From Schizochytrium sp. TIO01 (taxonomy: Eukaryota; Protista; Bigyra: Labyrinthulomycetes), in the NCBI GenBank assembly GCA_004764695.1, contig SMSO01000005.1, positions 1,178,001 through 1,242,000 on the forward strand: DNA of 64,000 nt, in the 5' to 3' direction. The notes below the pieces were generated by a model that saw nothing but the letters and a program-made list of their open reading frames with translations, was not told the origin of the DNA and searched no databases. The position numbers and the translations under genes were made by a program. Of the stretch, positions 19,823 through 32,997 are shown in pieces; position 1 is the stretch's first letter, and each line of letters begins with the position of its first letter.

Positions 19823-22345
19823 TTTCAGCCTGTAAGGTAAGACGTGTTTTCTACTTTAGATTCATATTTCTTTGGTCAAAACCTTTGCGCTCGGGCCAAA
19901 TACCCTGCGCGTTCAAAGAAAGACGTTACGTGCTTTATCATAGTAAACAATATTGGTTAGAAGTGACCTTGGTACGGTAATATGTAGGATAGATAATTGC
20001 CTAATCAAAAATCAATCAGAGAAAGGTGCATTTCCGCCAGATTGCTATTTGGTAGGACCAAATCAAGTTTACAGAACACAGCTGTGGCTACCGTCAGAAG
20101 ACTCCCTTATCAATAACAAGACCTCACCTACCTACTGCGAAGCAGTAGATGCGTACTAGTTAAATATTGTATTTGTTATCAGCTTCAAAAAAAGAGAATA
20201 CCTTTATTATTGCTTTTCTTTAGCATGGGTTGGTATATAGATAAGATACATCAAATTATTTTCCTATGCAGCTAACGCGTGCGAAATAGTATGTTCACTT
20301 GAGCTTTAACCTCAGCAAAAGGCCCCAGGTTAGGGAAGTGCTATCTATGAGAAATAGCCACTCAGTGCTTGTTTTTTCTTAACCTCATTTTATTTTACAT
20401 AGTATTAAAAAATAATAATAGTTCAATCATTATCTCTAACTAGTGAGAGTGAGAAACAGCTTGCATAGGGCTGATAAAAAGGCATCTTGGTGAATCAGAT
20501 AGATGAAAACTCTTTCCTGATTCGTAGTTTGCGCAGACTATGTAGAGAGTAGCCCTTTGGGTTTAGGATTTGGATGGTGCCTTTTCCAGACTACAACAGA
20601 CAGGACCGTGCTTTGCGTGTTGCTTGTTAAGTTTGTGTAGCCTACTTTATCGGGTGGGCTGTCGCACGTACATACTTGGTCAAACTGATCGAGAAACAAC
20701 CTGGGTACTGACTGACTTTAATATTAGAACTCCTCCAGGTACTAAGCTTCTGGTCAGTCTATTGAGACATCCTATGACGCCTACATAGCATTCTCATCCA
20801 TTTCAGAGTTGTTCCAAGCTAACTCCAATCACATAATATTGCAACAACTTGAGGTTGCATATTTTATGATGGTGTGGTGAGCTGCTGCGTTTAGAAGTAT
20901 CACCACAAGGTCCACCTTACTTTAGTGGTCTAGTGTTTTAAGTTGACAAAATTGCGGAGTCTCCCAGTTCACTCCAGACAAAAGCGCGCCTTCACTCAAG
21001 CCTTTCCCTTAGTTACTCCCGCAAGTTTGAACTTCAGCTTAAAGTAAGTAACATACTACCACCTTCCTGTGCCACTATTTTGAAGTTCTATCCCAAGCGC
21101 AAGTCACTGTTTTGAAGTGGAGTCTATTGCCTCAAGTTAGGCCTTCACGTTCAACCCCGTCACATTTCTTTCTCAACACGCGAAGCACGCATCCTTTCAT
21201 TTCTTTCGCCCTGGCCTTGTTCTAGTTAATCGCAAATCTCAGTTCGCAGTCCACAAGTACGTCATCGGGCAACACTCAAATCAACCCTGACCAATCCATC
21301 GTGGTTGTGGCCCATGCGTGACTCGCGCTGCTCACTCCAAGGGAGGCCTCAACGTCAAGTTCAACCCTTTTTTAACTTAGTTGAACTTACCAACCCAAGA
21401 CGCACTGCTTTGGTCTCCGAAGGTCGCAAGTTATGCGATCTCGGCAGAAGTGGGAAGTTGGCGTCATCATTATGACATCATCATCAGTATGTCAACATCT
21501 TTGATCATAGGTAAGCAAGCGCAGACATTTAAGACGCGCAATTTAAGACGCCCCTGCGCACTCTTGTGATGTTAAAATACCGCCACATAAATTATAAATT
21601 GCACCTGAATAGGTAGTAGGTTGCCGAGTAATCACTGCTTGAAAATATGCACTTTGCTGTGAAAGACGACGGCACCACGTCCCTCTTCGGCGCTTCTTGA
21701 GCGTGGAGTAGCGCCGGGATCGATAAGGACGAGGCGGTGAGAAGAAGGGCAATCTGGAGAGGAGGCCCTTATATGGTGGATATCTACGTCGAGGTTTGGA
21801 ACGAGATTGAATTCTCGACACGCTTGCAAAAATTAACGAGAACAAAAATAAGCACAGGGAGGGACGATAGAGTTATATAGAGGACACCTATTGTTAGTGC
21901 TACTTACTAAGCGTATACTAAATAATTATTGTATAGCATGCATGATATAGTCTCTTAGAAAGTAATTTTAAGAAGAAAGTTTAAAAAGCGTACTACGCAG
22001 GTAACAGAGCCTACTTAAAGTTTGAAAACTTAAAATAAAATACACCAAAATAAAAAAACAGAGAAAAAGAAACAATCAAGTTGAGAGAATAAAGTTTCGA
22101 AAAAGGAAAAGGAAAAGAAACAGAAAAGGAATTGAAAGAATGCACAAAATTAGTGAAGTATACACAGTGAGTAATCGGGATAGAAAGTAGAAAATAGAGC
22201 AGCCAAAGTAGAACAAAAACAAGGCATACAGTAGAGAATAGAGAGAGCGCGGTTCGAGAGAGATCATAGATCAGTACAATAATCCGCAACAGAGCCGAGG
22301 TTCGCGCAGCAAAAGCTGATCACGAGAGCGTCCTCGAGCGCAAAG

Positions 22346-24148
22346 ATGCTTCCGCGAGCTATAGTGCGCGCGTTTTGGGTAGGGAAGAGTCCCTTGGGCA
22401 CAGCAGGACCTTCACGGGCCGGCAATACAACGGGATGGAGGTCATCTGCATCACTACGGATGCCCTCAGAAGCGAGGCTCTCGACGTTTGTAGCTGCAAG
22501 ATCAGCCAGAAACTACACAAAATTGACTTCTCAATTTCCCAGCTGTGCCATGATAGACTTAGAAACTTCTGGCAGAGCTCGGGGTATTCAAGCTCAGCAG
22601 ATATACAACTTGTGGCGAAAATCTGGAGTTGGAATTAAAACTGGAACGCAGACCAGGAGCGCCTGCACACAAGCTGAAAACCTAGCCAGACCTGGCGAGA
22701 GCGCAGCGAATTCCGCTATGGACCCAGCCGAGAAAGTTCAAAGATTTGAAGTTCGCATCACAACAGGTAATCGAAGAGGTGCAAGCACTACAGCGGCAGT
22801 TTATGTGAGACTAGTAGGCAGAAGTGCTCGCACACAACGGTTAGAGATTAATGGCGAGTTCACACGCGACACTACTGTAGTTGCGACCATTGAGGTACCG
22901 GTATCGTTAGGCCGTATTCGTATCGTTGAGGTGGGGCACGATAACATTGGCGAGATTGGTGTTGGGTGGTACCTTGAGAGCGTAGAACTCGTCGAACTCA
23001 CACCAGAGCACCCAAAGGACGCACAGCAGACACTTATCTTCCCTGTACGTAGATGGCTAGGTAAATCAGACATTGGAGCTGGCAGATATCCCACGTTTGT
23101 TCAGCTCAGGGTCGGTATTGCAGATTCCATGACCGATCCAACTAGCTTTATGCTCCCTGGAGCCCAGCTCGTGTCTGGCATCAAGTCTGTACCAGTTTTT
23201 GTGAAATGTGGTACAGCAGCTTGGCCCCACCCTGACAAAGTCCGCGACGGAGAGCGGGCTATTGTACGCCCAGATATTGGTCAAGCTGGCGAAGACGCGT
23301 ACTCTGTAGCCACAGTTAGGACCCCAGACCGCGCAGCACTAGAGAAACTCGGTAAATTTGAACAAGGTGCTTTAAAGAAGAGTAAATTGCCTACGACAGT
23401 GACAATTAGTGTCTGTGATGGGGTTTATCAATGGCGTGACAAAGGCATTGATGCTGGAGAGTGGTCCCGCTTCCTGGTTCGAAGCCTCTTGCACCAGGCT
23501 CAGCACCACGTTCGCGACCCGCATGCTCAAGATTCTTTGCAGTCTCAACGCTGGGCAGAGACCTTTCGGGACCTCGGCTTGGAGCCGCCATTCGTACCCA
23601 TAGCTCACCCAGCTACTATGCTTCAGGCTGCAGAAGAACGTATTCGAGAAACTGACATTCAGGGGTCAAGCACGGCAGTCGTTGCGAGCCTGCATGGCAT
23701 TAACAATATGATGTATGTGGCTTGCCTTGGTGATTCAGGGGTTTTAGTTCACCGGAATCGTATGGGAGTTATTTTCCGCACCCCCGAACAGGAACATTCG
23801 TTTGGTTATCCCTATCAGCTTGGACATCATGAGGTCTCAGATCATGCAAAAGACGCTCTTATCTCTCACTGTAGGTTAACTGTGGGTGACACAGTCGTTG
23901 TTGCTTCTGATGGGCTGTTCGACAACCTCAGTGAATCGCAAATTGCGAAAATTGTCGACAAACACTTTCCTTCAAGAAACGCTCAAATGTGTGCTATTGC
24001 TCTGGCCTCTCAAGCATATGAAAACTCCGTTAGCAAAACTGCAACCACGCCATACTCTGAAGCTGCTGCTGAGGAGTTCAATCTAGTTTGGCATGGTGGT
24101 AAGAAGGATGATATCAGTGTAGTGGTGGCATTCATTGTTGATCATTGA
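22346..24148 (+). CDS. PTC7-type PP2C phosphatase with N-terminal PLAT/LH2 domain and Arg/Ser-rich transit-like N-terminus
   Basis: PLAT: FEVRITTGNRRGASTTAAVYVRLVG...GHDN..GWYLESVEL. PP2C: GEDAY, VCDGV, GSSTA, LGDSG, QEHSFGYPYQLG, ASDGLFDNL, GGKKDDISVVVA. Confidence 0.92.
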   Translation: MLPRAIVRAFWVGKSPLGTAGPSRAGNTTGWRSSASLRMPSEARLSTFVAARSARNYTKLTSQFPSCAMIDLETSGRARGIQAQQIYNLWRKSGVGIKTGTQTRSACTQAENLARPGESAANSAMDPAEKVQRFEVRITTGNRRGASTTAAVYVRLVGRSARTQRLEINGEFTRDTTVVATIEVPVSLGRIRIVEVGHDNIGEIGVGWYLESVELVELTPEHPKDAQQTLIFPVRRWLGKSDIGAGRYPTFVQLRVGIADSMTDPTSFMLPGAQLVSGIKSVPVFVKCGTAAWPHPDKVRDGERAIVRPDIGQAGEDAYSVATVRTPDRAALEKLGKFEQGALKKSKLPTTVTISVCDGVYQWRDKGIDAGEWSRFLVRSLLHQAQHHVRDPHAQDSLQSQRWAETFRDLGLEPPFVPIAHPATMLQAAEERIRETDIQGSSTAVVASLHGINNMMYVACLGDSGVLVHRNRMGVIFRTPEQEHSFGYPYQLGHHEVSDHAKDALISHCRLTVGDTVVVASDGLFDNLSESQIAKIVDKHFPSRNAQMCAIALASQAYENSVSKTATTPYSEAAAEEFNLVWHGGKKDDISVVVAFIVDH

Positions 24149-24685
24149 GACTTGTTGTTCATGACATCGCAGGGAAGAAGACCCATTCCATTCTCATTGT
24201 ACCTAAAATTCACTTTCATGTACACAATCGCAAATGCCACCAAGCTATATTCGCACGAGATAAAGGCATTTAGTAAGAAGTCTTGGACATAAGCATCATA
24301 TGGCACTGGTAAACTACGATTTGTTATTCATGTCACTGTTGGAAAGTTGCACTTTCCTACTTTTCTCTATCTGTTTCGTTCATACTCGCATGCGCAATTG
24401 TCACGTTTTATCTATCTTGTTAATGAAGCAAGCGAAATACTTTTCGTCATATAAAACCTACATTTACAAATGTTTCATCTGCATCTTACATTGTGATAGC
24501 ATTAAACAAAACAACTAAAATCACATGTATGGAATCATAGTAGGCTCTCGATCTCGTCAGTACACAGCAAATGCACTCACATAAATCGGGTGAGCGCCAT
24601 ATAGACTATTCTACACCCTTTGGTCAGGGTCGTAATTATTAGCAAGCGAACATTTTTTTTAATGGTTAGATTTTGTACTTATAAG

Positions 24686-27600
24686 TCAAAAATGAATAGT
24701 CATCATAGGTTGCGGCCTCGACCGTAGCACGTATGCCGCCTTCACATTAGTCGCCCCCCTGATTCCACCTAAAGGAGGAAGCCGAACACGTTGCTCCTCG
24801 CGCTCGGATCTGGAGGAGGCGTCATTTGTTACTGGATCAACATAAAGATACTTGTTGCTGGACCCTTTACACTTGCGTGATTTTTTGTTGCGAACCATTT
24901 TTGTCGTACCTTTCAGAAGAGATTTTAATGGCAAAGTTCCGTGTTGCTTTCCCATCCGCGAAGGTATGATTTTGTTTACACTCGGACCTTTTCCCTTTGA
25001 TGCATTGTAAAATTGCAGTTGGTTCCGACCCTGGTTTGGATGCTGCTCTCCTGCAGCAAATTCCATTGCTACCTGAAGGAAGTGCTCGCGGAACATGTCA
25101 CCCACCTGTTTCCGAACTATACAACCTCGCCACCATGCTTGTAGACATATTGCACGGCGTTTCTTCAAGCGATACTTTTGCAGCCAATATCGCCCACGCA
25201 AGCGAGCCTGAAGGATGACCTCTGGTCGCCTCTGTTTACGCAATAGGGCGAGAAATCTGCGGGTAAATCGCTGGATAGTTCGCGCCGCAATCTTTTCCTT
25301 CAGATATTGTAAAAGGAAACGATGTCGAGCCTGCTCTGCTCGTGATTGTTGGACTCGACGTTCAATTTCCTTGCGCAAAAGGTGCACGCGTCGCTGGCGC
25401 TGAATACACATTGCTGCAGATATTTTCCGCGCTCGACATTTCTCATGAAAGATTTGCCAGTTGTTGAAGCAAGTAAAAATCATACCACGGAGACGCCGAG
25501 CGCACATCTCCCTTGACTTGCGCTGGCGATAACTCATGCGATGCCACGTGGCATATGCAATAGAAAGTGCGCGATGTCTTATCCTTGCTGTTATGCGAGC
25601 TCTCATTTCAGATGCCTTATGGTGTTGATGCCGTAAATTTGCCACAATCCTTCGATCTCGACGGGCGCGAACAATTTTCTGCAACATTTTAGCAGCGGCA
25701 TTTCTCTCACGAATAGACGCATTTGCTGCAGCTTGGAGCTGCTGCAGGAAACGTTGTCTTCTCAGATGTTTGCCATGTGATAACGCACATGCAAAAATTC
25801 CTGCTTGAGACCACCGGTAACCATTTTCAGAATATTTCATATGGAGATAAATTGCTCGCGTGCTGTATTGTGCTTCCTGCCTACTCTGCGTAAGTGCTGA
25901 GTCAGCAAGTAGCTGAGCGAGTTTGAAGCGCCCTAGGTAATGAGCTGTGTGCAGTACATGGTCTAAAACTTCGAAATCGGCCTTGCCACTCCGGGCCATT
26001 GCACCTTCAAAAGCAGAAATTGCGAACCCTAACACTCCTCGTTGAGCTAATCGCTTTGCAGCAATAAACCAGGTTGCGGCATCTTCCCACCAAATCGATG
26101 AGGTGAGCCATGTTTCTTTGACCTTAGGATTAAGTTTTACTGCTGCTCGAAATGCTGCATCTCGGGACTCTCGAGCCATTTCTGTGTATGGATCAGGAAA
26201 ACACATAGCAACCTCCCACAAATAATCAGCTTCTCTGTCGCAGTGAGGTTCATGCTGTAAAACCTCTTGATCTAGGAGCTGATATAAAAGATGACGCGCC
26301 CGATGTGCATGATCAGCACTTATTTCAAGAGCTGCGAGGTTTTCAAGAATGGGCCAGACATGTAACGAATCATGGCGCCTCTTTGCAATGGGATTTGATA
26401 TATCTGTTTCATGCTTTGGGTTTCCTTTTTTATCACGGCCCCGGGAGCTAAGATTTCTTCCCTTTCGAAGAAGGAAGTCTGGGTGATCACAACCAACATT
26501 GGTTGCAAATTTTACATACTTTCGAAGTTCTGAACGGGCAACCCGACGACAGCCCTTTGCAAGAAGAACCTTGCTCATAAGACTAACTTGACCAGGCATC
26601 CATTCAGACCAAGGCCTCTCAAGAGCTAGCACATGTTTTATTGAGATAAACGCCCGATCCAAATGAAGCTTCCCAGGTACCCCCTTGTCTTCGTACAACT
26701 TCCAATGGGCGTGCGCAAGTGACAACTGTGCTGCAAAGTCATTCACTGGTGCTTCTTCTAAGAGGGCCAGCATACGTAAGCACTCTGCAACTCGTTGTGA
26801 TTTCGATTTTTCAGGGCTCGCATCAGACAAATTCTGGTCGCTATCTTGATCGATAAACTTAACAATTTGCTCATATTGTTTCTCTTTGGGTAACAGGTGT
26901 AGGGCGCTCTGCAAAGCTGCCTCCAGGCGAATCTTCCTTTCACGTGTGACACGTTTGACATGTTTCTTATATTGTTTTGAGTCCCCTGGTGTCCATGCCA
27001 CCTGACCAGGGAGAGACTCGTGAGCAAAATAACATTGTTTTAGCTGTACATCTGCGTGCAATCTCCAACCATCAACGTCAACTCCATACCGAAGTGCTTC
27101 ACGAAAGCGACGTTCATTGCGAGCACGGAATCTCCTAATCTGCTTTTGCAGGAGAATAGCGGCCCGTATAAGTGTTTCTGCACGAACCTTACGAACAAAT
27201 TGCTGCTCTACAGGATCGACCGGGGCATCTCGCTCAAGGCTCGAAAATGCTGCTTTAATACCACTTGGGAGGACAATACTTTCTAAATCCCACATTTTGC
27301 TTCCGCTTGCAATCAGCTTTTCACCAATACGAAGGTCATGATAGTATTTCAAATCTTTTGGACCCTGGAACTTACACCAATGCACACCATCTTCGATAGC
27401 ACTGTGCAGACAAAGCTCCATTCCCGCGAAGCGTATGATTGGTGTATTTGAATTTTTCTGAAGACCACGAAAACGTAGTTCGTAGTGGAATCATTTCTTT
27501 GCTTTTATCCTCTTCGTGCCTTTGTTGTTGGTCTCGTAATTTTTTAAGAAACGCTTTTGCCTCAGGCACAAGGGATGCCTCTGCATGCATGAGCTTCGCA

Positions 27601-29208
27601 CCGTTGACAACAAGGCCTAAAGTAATTCCTGAGCGTAGTTCGAGATCTGGGCGTAAAGGCAACCAGACACACTCTGAGCTTGTAAGTTTACGTCGCAGCC
27701 GAGACATATCATAGAGTGTGCGTCCTAGTAGCCCGTGATCAGCACTATATACCGAGATGTCTAAGACAAAGAAATTTTTGTCATTTGCATGGTAGAAGGT
27801 TGCTTCATTTCCCTCATGTTGAACATTTCCTAAACTCAATAATACCCTGAGCTTTGATGTGTTCGTTTGTGGAAGCATAAGACCCGAAAACTCTTCGACT
27901 CGCACATGGTAGCTTTGGCGCATACCTTGATCTAGCTTTTCTGTAACATGCAAGTAGATCTTTTGATGTTTGCCTTGTAAAGTTTGTTCTAACTCAAATA
28001 AAGTTGCCGCACTCAAAGCCACCTTTTGCTCAATATCTGCTTGAAGCATCATAAGTCTTTCGCGTGCTTCTTTGCAAGCCTCGTCTTGTTTATACCAAGC
28101 ATCGCGATAGGCAGAACCGCTTGACTCATCTTCTTTTGCAAAAAGTGCAGCTTCTTGAAGTGCTCTTAAGGTTTCCGACCGAATCGCTTTTTCGACGCGG
28201 CAGCTCCATGAATCCTCCCGAGCTAGATTCTCTTGTGCAGTGCGTTCCCGAGTTACAACATGCCGAATTGCCAAGCCAGTCTCCTCTTCATGCCCCATCG
28301 CCAAACGCTCTTGATTAACGTTTTCTTGGTTGATAATTATCTTTCCCAACGCTGTGTTTTCTTCTAGCACTCTGCTCAATGTCTACTGCAAGACTTGCAG
28401 CTCGTTCTTTAACTTCTTCCTGTTGACAAAGAATATTTTCAGGTCTCTTCGAGCTTGTTTTTTGATCGAATTCAGCCGCAGACAGCCGTGTACTATTTTG
28501 GCTATTTTGTGTAGCTGATGATTCTATTTTCAATTCTTTGGTAGGCTGGGCAATCCTCTTAGAGCTTGCATGGTCATGCAGCGGGACTAGATCGGCTTGA
28601 CTTTTGCATTTTATGATCGTGTTCTCCTGGGAGAGTGCTTTCAGGTTGCCCGCTAAAACACTAGCACGTTGCGGATTTTTGTTTGTTTGTTTCGTTTTCC
28701 TGTGTGTACGTATCTCTTTCTTGGGGATTTTTAATTTGTCTTTATGTTCTAGCAGCGTTCCAGAGGGAGATCTTTTGCTCTTTTTGGAGGGACCACGCTT
28801 TTGTTTCGCTTCACTTGACTCCCCCTTCAAATTAAAATTTTGAAGGTAATATACTTGTGCATGAAATGAGCGTGCATCTTCTTTTGTCATGCGATTTGTT
28901 TCGAGTCTTTCTGCATCTGTCCGAAGTTTCTCAATAAATGCATTCGCCTTGTGCCGATAGTTAAGGAGAAGCTTTTGCGTACCTTCAATGGTGTCATGCC
29001 AGTGCTCAATGGTTACCACTTGGGAACCGGCATCATGCAGAGCCTGAAGTTTGTCTCCTACTTGCGCTAAGGCCTGTTTTTTGGCTCTAGCCTCGAACTT
29101 TGCTAAACTCCTCACTCCTTTCACGTAGAACTTCTTTTGCTTTGGTAATCGTCGCCGAAGCTTCTCCTCAACTGTCGGCAACACATGGCGCCGATGGCTC
29201 AGCGACAT
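24686..29208 (-). CDS. Large IQ-motif/WW-like/TPR-like protein split into three overlapping ORFs (28315-29235, 27372-28379, 24686-27421) by two +1 frame breaks
   Basis: Three same-strand ORFs overlap by 50-65 nt, each +1 relative to the previous. Removing 2 nt gives one 1506-aa frame from ATG 29208. About 6 IQ-like motifs (e.g. AICLQAWWRGCIVRK, AARTIQRFTRRFLA), WW-like segments, and a C2-like segment in the middle ORF. Confidence 0.75.
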
Positions 29209-29831
29209 GTTGTTTTTAGCAGCGATCTGAGCCACTTCATATAGTGATATAGCTCAGCGGCCTCTGTGACTCCATAACCAAGCAGGAGTATGTGCTTGCG
29301 AGCTTGATATCACAAGCAACGAGCAACAGAATCGTGAAGCTTTAACCTTGAAGGAAACGCGGGCCCGGGCGCGGACCAAAGGCTCACTTTTGACCTGAAC
29401 TTCTAGGGTGTGTGCTAGAACGAGGGGAGGGCTCCTATAGTACGGTACTAATAACTCATGGCAAGATCCCATATTGCAAATTAATTCAAATCGGATTTAG
29501 TTGAGGTGGACCTATTGAGGGTTATGTATAAGTTTATATGAACAATCATGCTTCTATTCATCTATGTCTGAGTTAGGAACTTTGTTTAAACTCGTAGAGT
29601 GAATCTAGCTAAGTAATTTCGGCGGCAATGAAAAAGAGCAAGGATTACGGTATGTTCCTAAAAGCTGATATTATCAATGCCTCATAAACTCTACTGCAGT
29701 AATGGAAGAGCACAAAAAATACGTATTGATGTTCAAACGAAAGATGTATATGAATAGTAATACAAAGGACCTAAAACCAGATCAGCAAATAGTGGCTGAA
29801 AGGCAGGGAATAAAAAAGCTCTGCACAAAGT

Positions 29832-31316
29832 TTATTCATCAAGAGCTTGCGAGGACCCTGCACCATGTGAGCGTTTCAATGCTGCTTTTGTTTTGAGAGA
29901 GATTCGGTTCCCACCTCGCATTGAAGAATATTTTTTGGGGTTTGCTCCAGAGTTACTCTCCTTTGAAGAACTTGTATCACTTGATTTAGACACCACACTC
30001 TCCTTGCTTGCTTGTTTACTCACTAAAATGCGAGGTACAAAACTTGGTCGCCGTGTTCCCTCTGCAACACCCTCCTCTGTGGCTTGCGGCTGGCCTGACT
30101 GGACAGAGTTACTCCGCTTAATAGCCGCTCTTGTTTTTAGTGAGATTTGACCCTTGAATGATTTTGCTCGAGGCGGGTGCGGCTCCATCTTAGGAGTTAA
30201 TTTCTGCTCTGGAAGGGGCGCCAGGCCCTGCATATTAGTTTCACCATCGTCATCATCAATAACTGAAGACTCTGATTGTCTTGTTTCAGAGTTTTTCTTG
30301 GATATTATATCAGTAGGCGGATAATTATCATTCTTATCTACCTTATCTGAGGGTTGAGACGAATCTGGTAGTGGTGAATTTCCTCCAGAAAGGGGAATTC
30401 CAACAGATGTATTTGAAGAGCTGATGGATAGTTTTCTTTGCCCAGATAATCCACCCATAGCTACATCAGGAGTAATGACTGAATTTGAGAGATTCTTTTG
30501 AGTTAGAGCCGGCAGCTCACACGATCGCCCCGACGATGATCCGCCTTCGTTAGACTTCTCTTGAAGTGGAGCCTCACAATCACCCTCCTCGGAATCTGTA
30601 CCATCGTCGTTTTCTTCATTCTTTGCTAAAGATAAGGAAAGTAAAGCGCGGCTATCATATCGCAAGGCTGACTCAGAGAACTTGCGACTTGTTGTCGCAT
30701 CAGGGATCGCACGAAAGGAGCTGCGGAACTTAATTTCTCGAAGAGATAGTTGCTTTGGATCGACAGAACCTGTTGTTGAGCGTCGCTCTACGGCTGTAAG
30801 TTCTTTTGATGATAAGAATCGTCTATTAAGCGGTGCTTCCATTTCTGAGCTAGATATGATGCGCTGACTCTTCGCCGATGTTACAGGCATAGCCGGCAAA
30901 TGATCATTTTCATCACAATCATCTCCACACGATGAACTGAGGCGCCGAAGGATAGAAATTTCATTTTCAGACGGCTTATATACTTTCAGAATCTCCTCTT
31001 TCTCAGCCTGGACCTGGCCTGGCAATACAATATCGTCACCCATTCTTTCTTTTGAGGAATAGAAAAGAGACTTGTGAGAGTCCAGAGGTTCAGAAGAGGC
31101 CTCACACGTCACCAACGTAGATTTACTCCTTCTGTTTTTCTTGGCCTACTCGTCAAGTTCTTTGGGAACAGGTTGCTCAAAGGCAGTCCTTAAAGTCACG
31201 AGCCCCGCGAAGGGCGCTGTAGGTCTTTGCTTCAATTTAGCAATGTCCATACCAGTTGAAGACAGTGAAGAGCAGGTAACCTGATCAGCTTTAGTCTCAG
31301 ATCTATGTGGTGTCAT
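29832..31316 (-). CDS. Ser-rich low-complexity hypothetical protein (in-frame TAG at 31146-31148 if started from ATG 31316)
   Basis: 427-aa ORF 29832-31115 with a duplicated C-terminal motif ISLKT(R/K)AA(I/L)KRS. The same frame continues upstream to ATG 31316 through a single TAG. Confidence 0.7.
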
Positions 31317-32997
31317 AATTCTTGAATTACTAGGTAGTTTGGTGGTATGTTGGGGAGTGTTATTGGTTATTGGTATAGCACCTATCTACGTTAAACCCTA
31401 AATGACACATTAGATAGTGTGAGAACATGCCGCGGAGTCTACTTTGAGCACACACCTGTATCGCTTTAATTTCCCAGTTGACACATCATCACTCTAACCT
31501 CCCTTTGTGACCGCGGACCTTTGTATGCGAGCTACACTTCAGATGCATTGAACGCTTAGTCCATTCGTATCTCAAGCACTTACTCTCAGATCCTCTTTCT
31601 TCTTTTCGCTGCCTTTGATACAATGAAAGATCCGTTGAGGACACTTTCTTAGTAGACGCATATATGTATGTATCTCTTCTTGTACCCCTTTGCATCCGAC
31701 GCTGATGTGAGATAGCAAAGCCATCGATTCATTTATTATATCTAAATGAATGTAAGAGTACTGATACTTAGTGCTGGACGTATTAACTTTGAGGTAAGGA
31801 ATGAATGTTACAACATATAACGGTACTAGCATTATAGTCAATAGATACAAACATCACCATGGTCAAGAGATTGAACCGCTGTGATACAGTCTCAGCACAG
31901 AACTGTTCAGATCTGGACTATTTTCCTAAAGTATGTCCAGTGTTCTTGAAACACTCAAATTTGTTCGAAGATTCGAGCTCAAATCGGATGTCAATACGAA
32001 CAATCCAAATATATGACCATGAGTAGACTACCCTAGTACTTGGTCTATGTCAAGATCTCTACTAGTACTGTCTTAGGACCTCACAGCTAATTTAAAAAAA
32101 ACACAAGAGGCACTAAAGTGAGACTATGGCAGCAGCAACAGAACCAACAAAAGCTGATAGGTCCTTGTGATTCCTTCTCAAGTGAAAACTATGAGCCTTT
32201 AAAAAAAAACTTTTTAACTAAATAAATAAAATCCTTGAGAAAAAATGATTCAAAACCGTATATACAGACATAAAAAGTTGTCAGATTATATATGCACCAA
32301 AATAAAATTTGAGACTAACTCTGCCGCACACATCGATAACTTCAATATTTTGTTTCCGGTGCAGCATTGGATTCATGATTTAAGTCGAGACACGGAAAGG
32401 AAATCTGCGTGAAAGGTTTCCAGATCCTTGAATTTTAAACAGCTCGGACCCTATATTTTATTTTTATTTTATTTTTAAATAAAGATAAGACAAGTTGAAT
32501 TTTAGTTGAGAGGAAATTTGTCGAGCAGTACTTGAAGGACAATAGTTGCGCAATTCAAATACCATGTCAAGTTTGACGAATTCCACTATTCAAGCTTGGC
32601 TTTTTAGTTTAGTCAAACAACAAAGCAACCAGACTTCTCCTCGCGCGGATTTCCTGGGTGTTCTAGTTAAAAGGCATGTATATGGGAAATGCTCAGAGTA
32701 TAGTCTAAGTGGACATGGTTAAGGAAAGAAAAAAGAAGAGAAAATTATACTTCGCTTAATAAGATAAACAGTATTAGGTACCAACCACTCAAACATCAAA
32801 AATATGGTCTACTTGTACTGTACATACGTCCTCCAGTGGTTGACTATCTTTGCTCTCGCCCAGCCATCATGCACTTCATCTGGATAACCCAGTTCACTAG
32901 CCTTTTCACTTGCGTCTAGGTGTGTTTGCTTATTTGCTTATTTGCTTGTGTCTATCTGAGTCGGTTCAAGCTATGAAATTAGAAGGGCTTCTACTCC

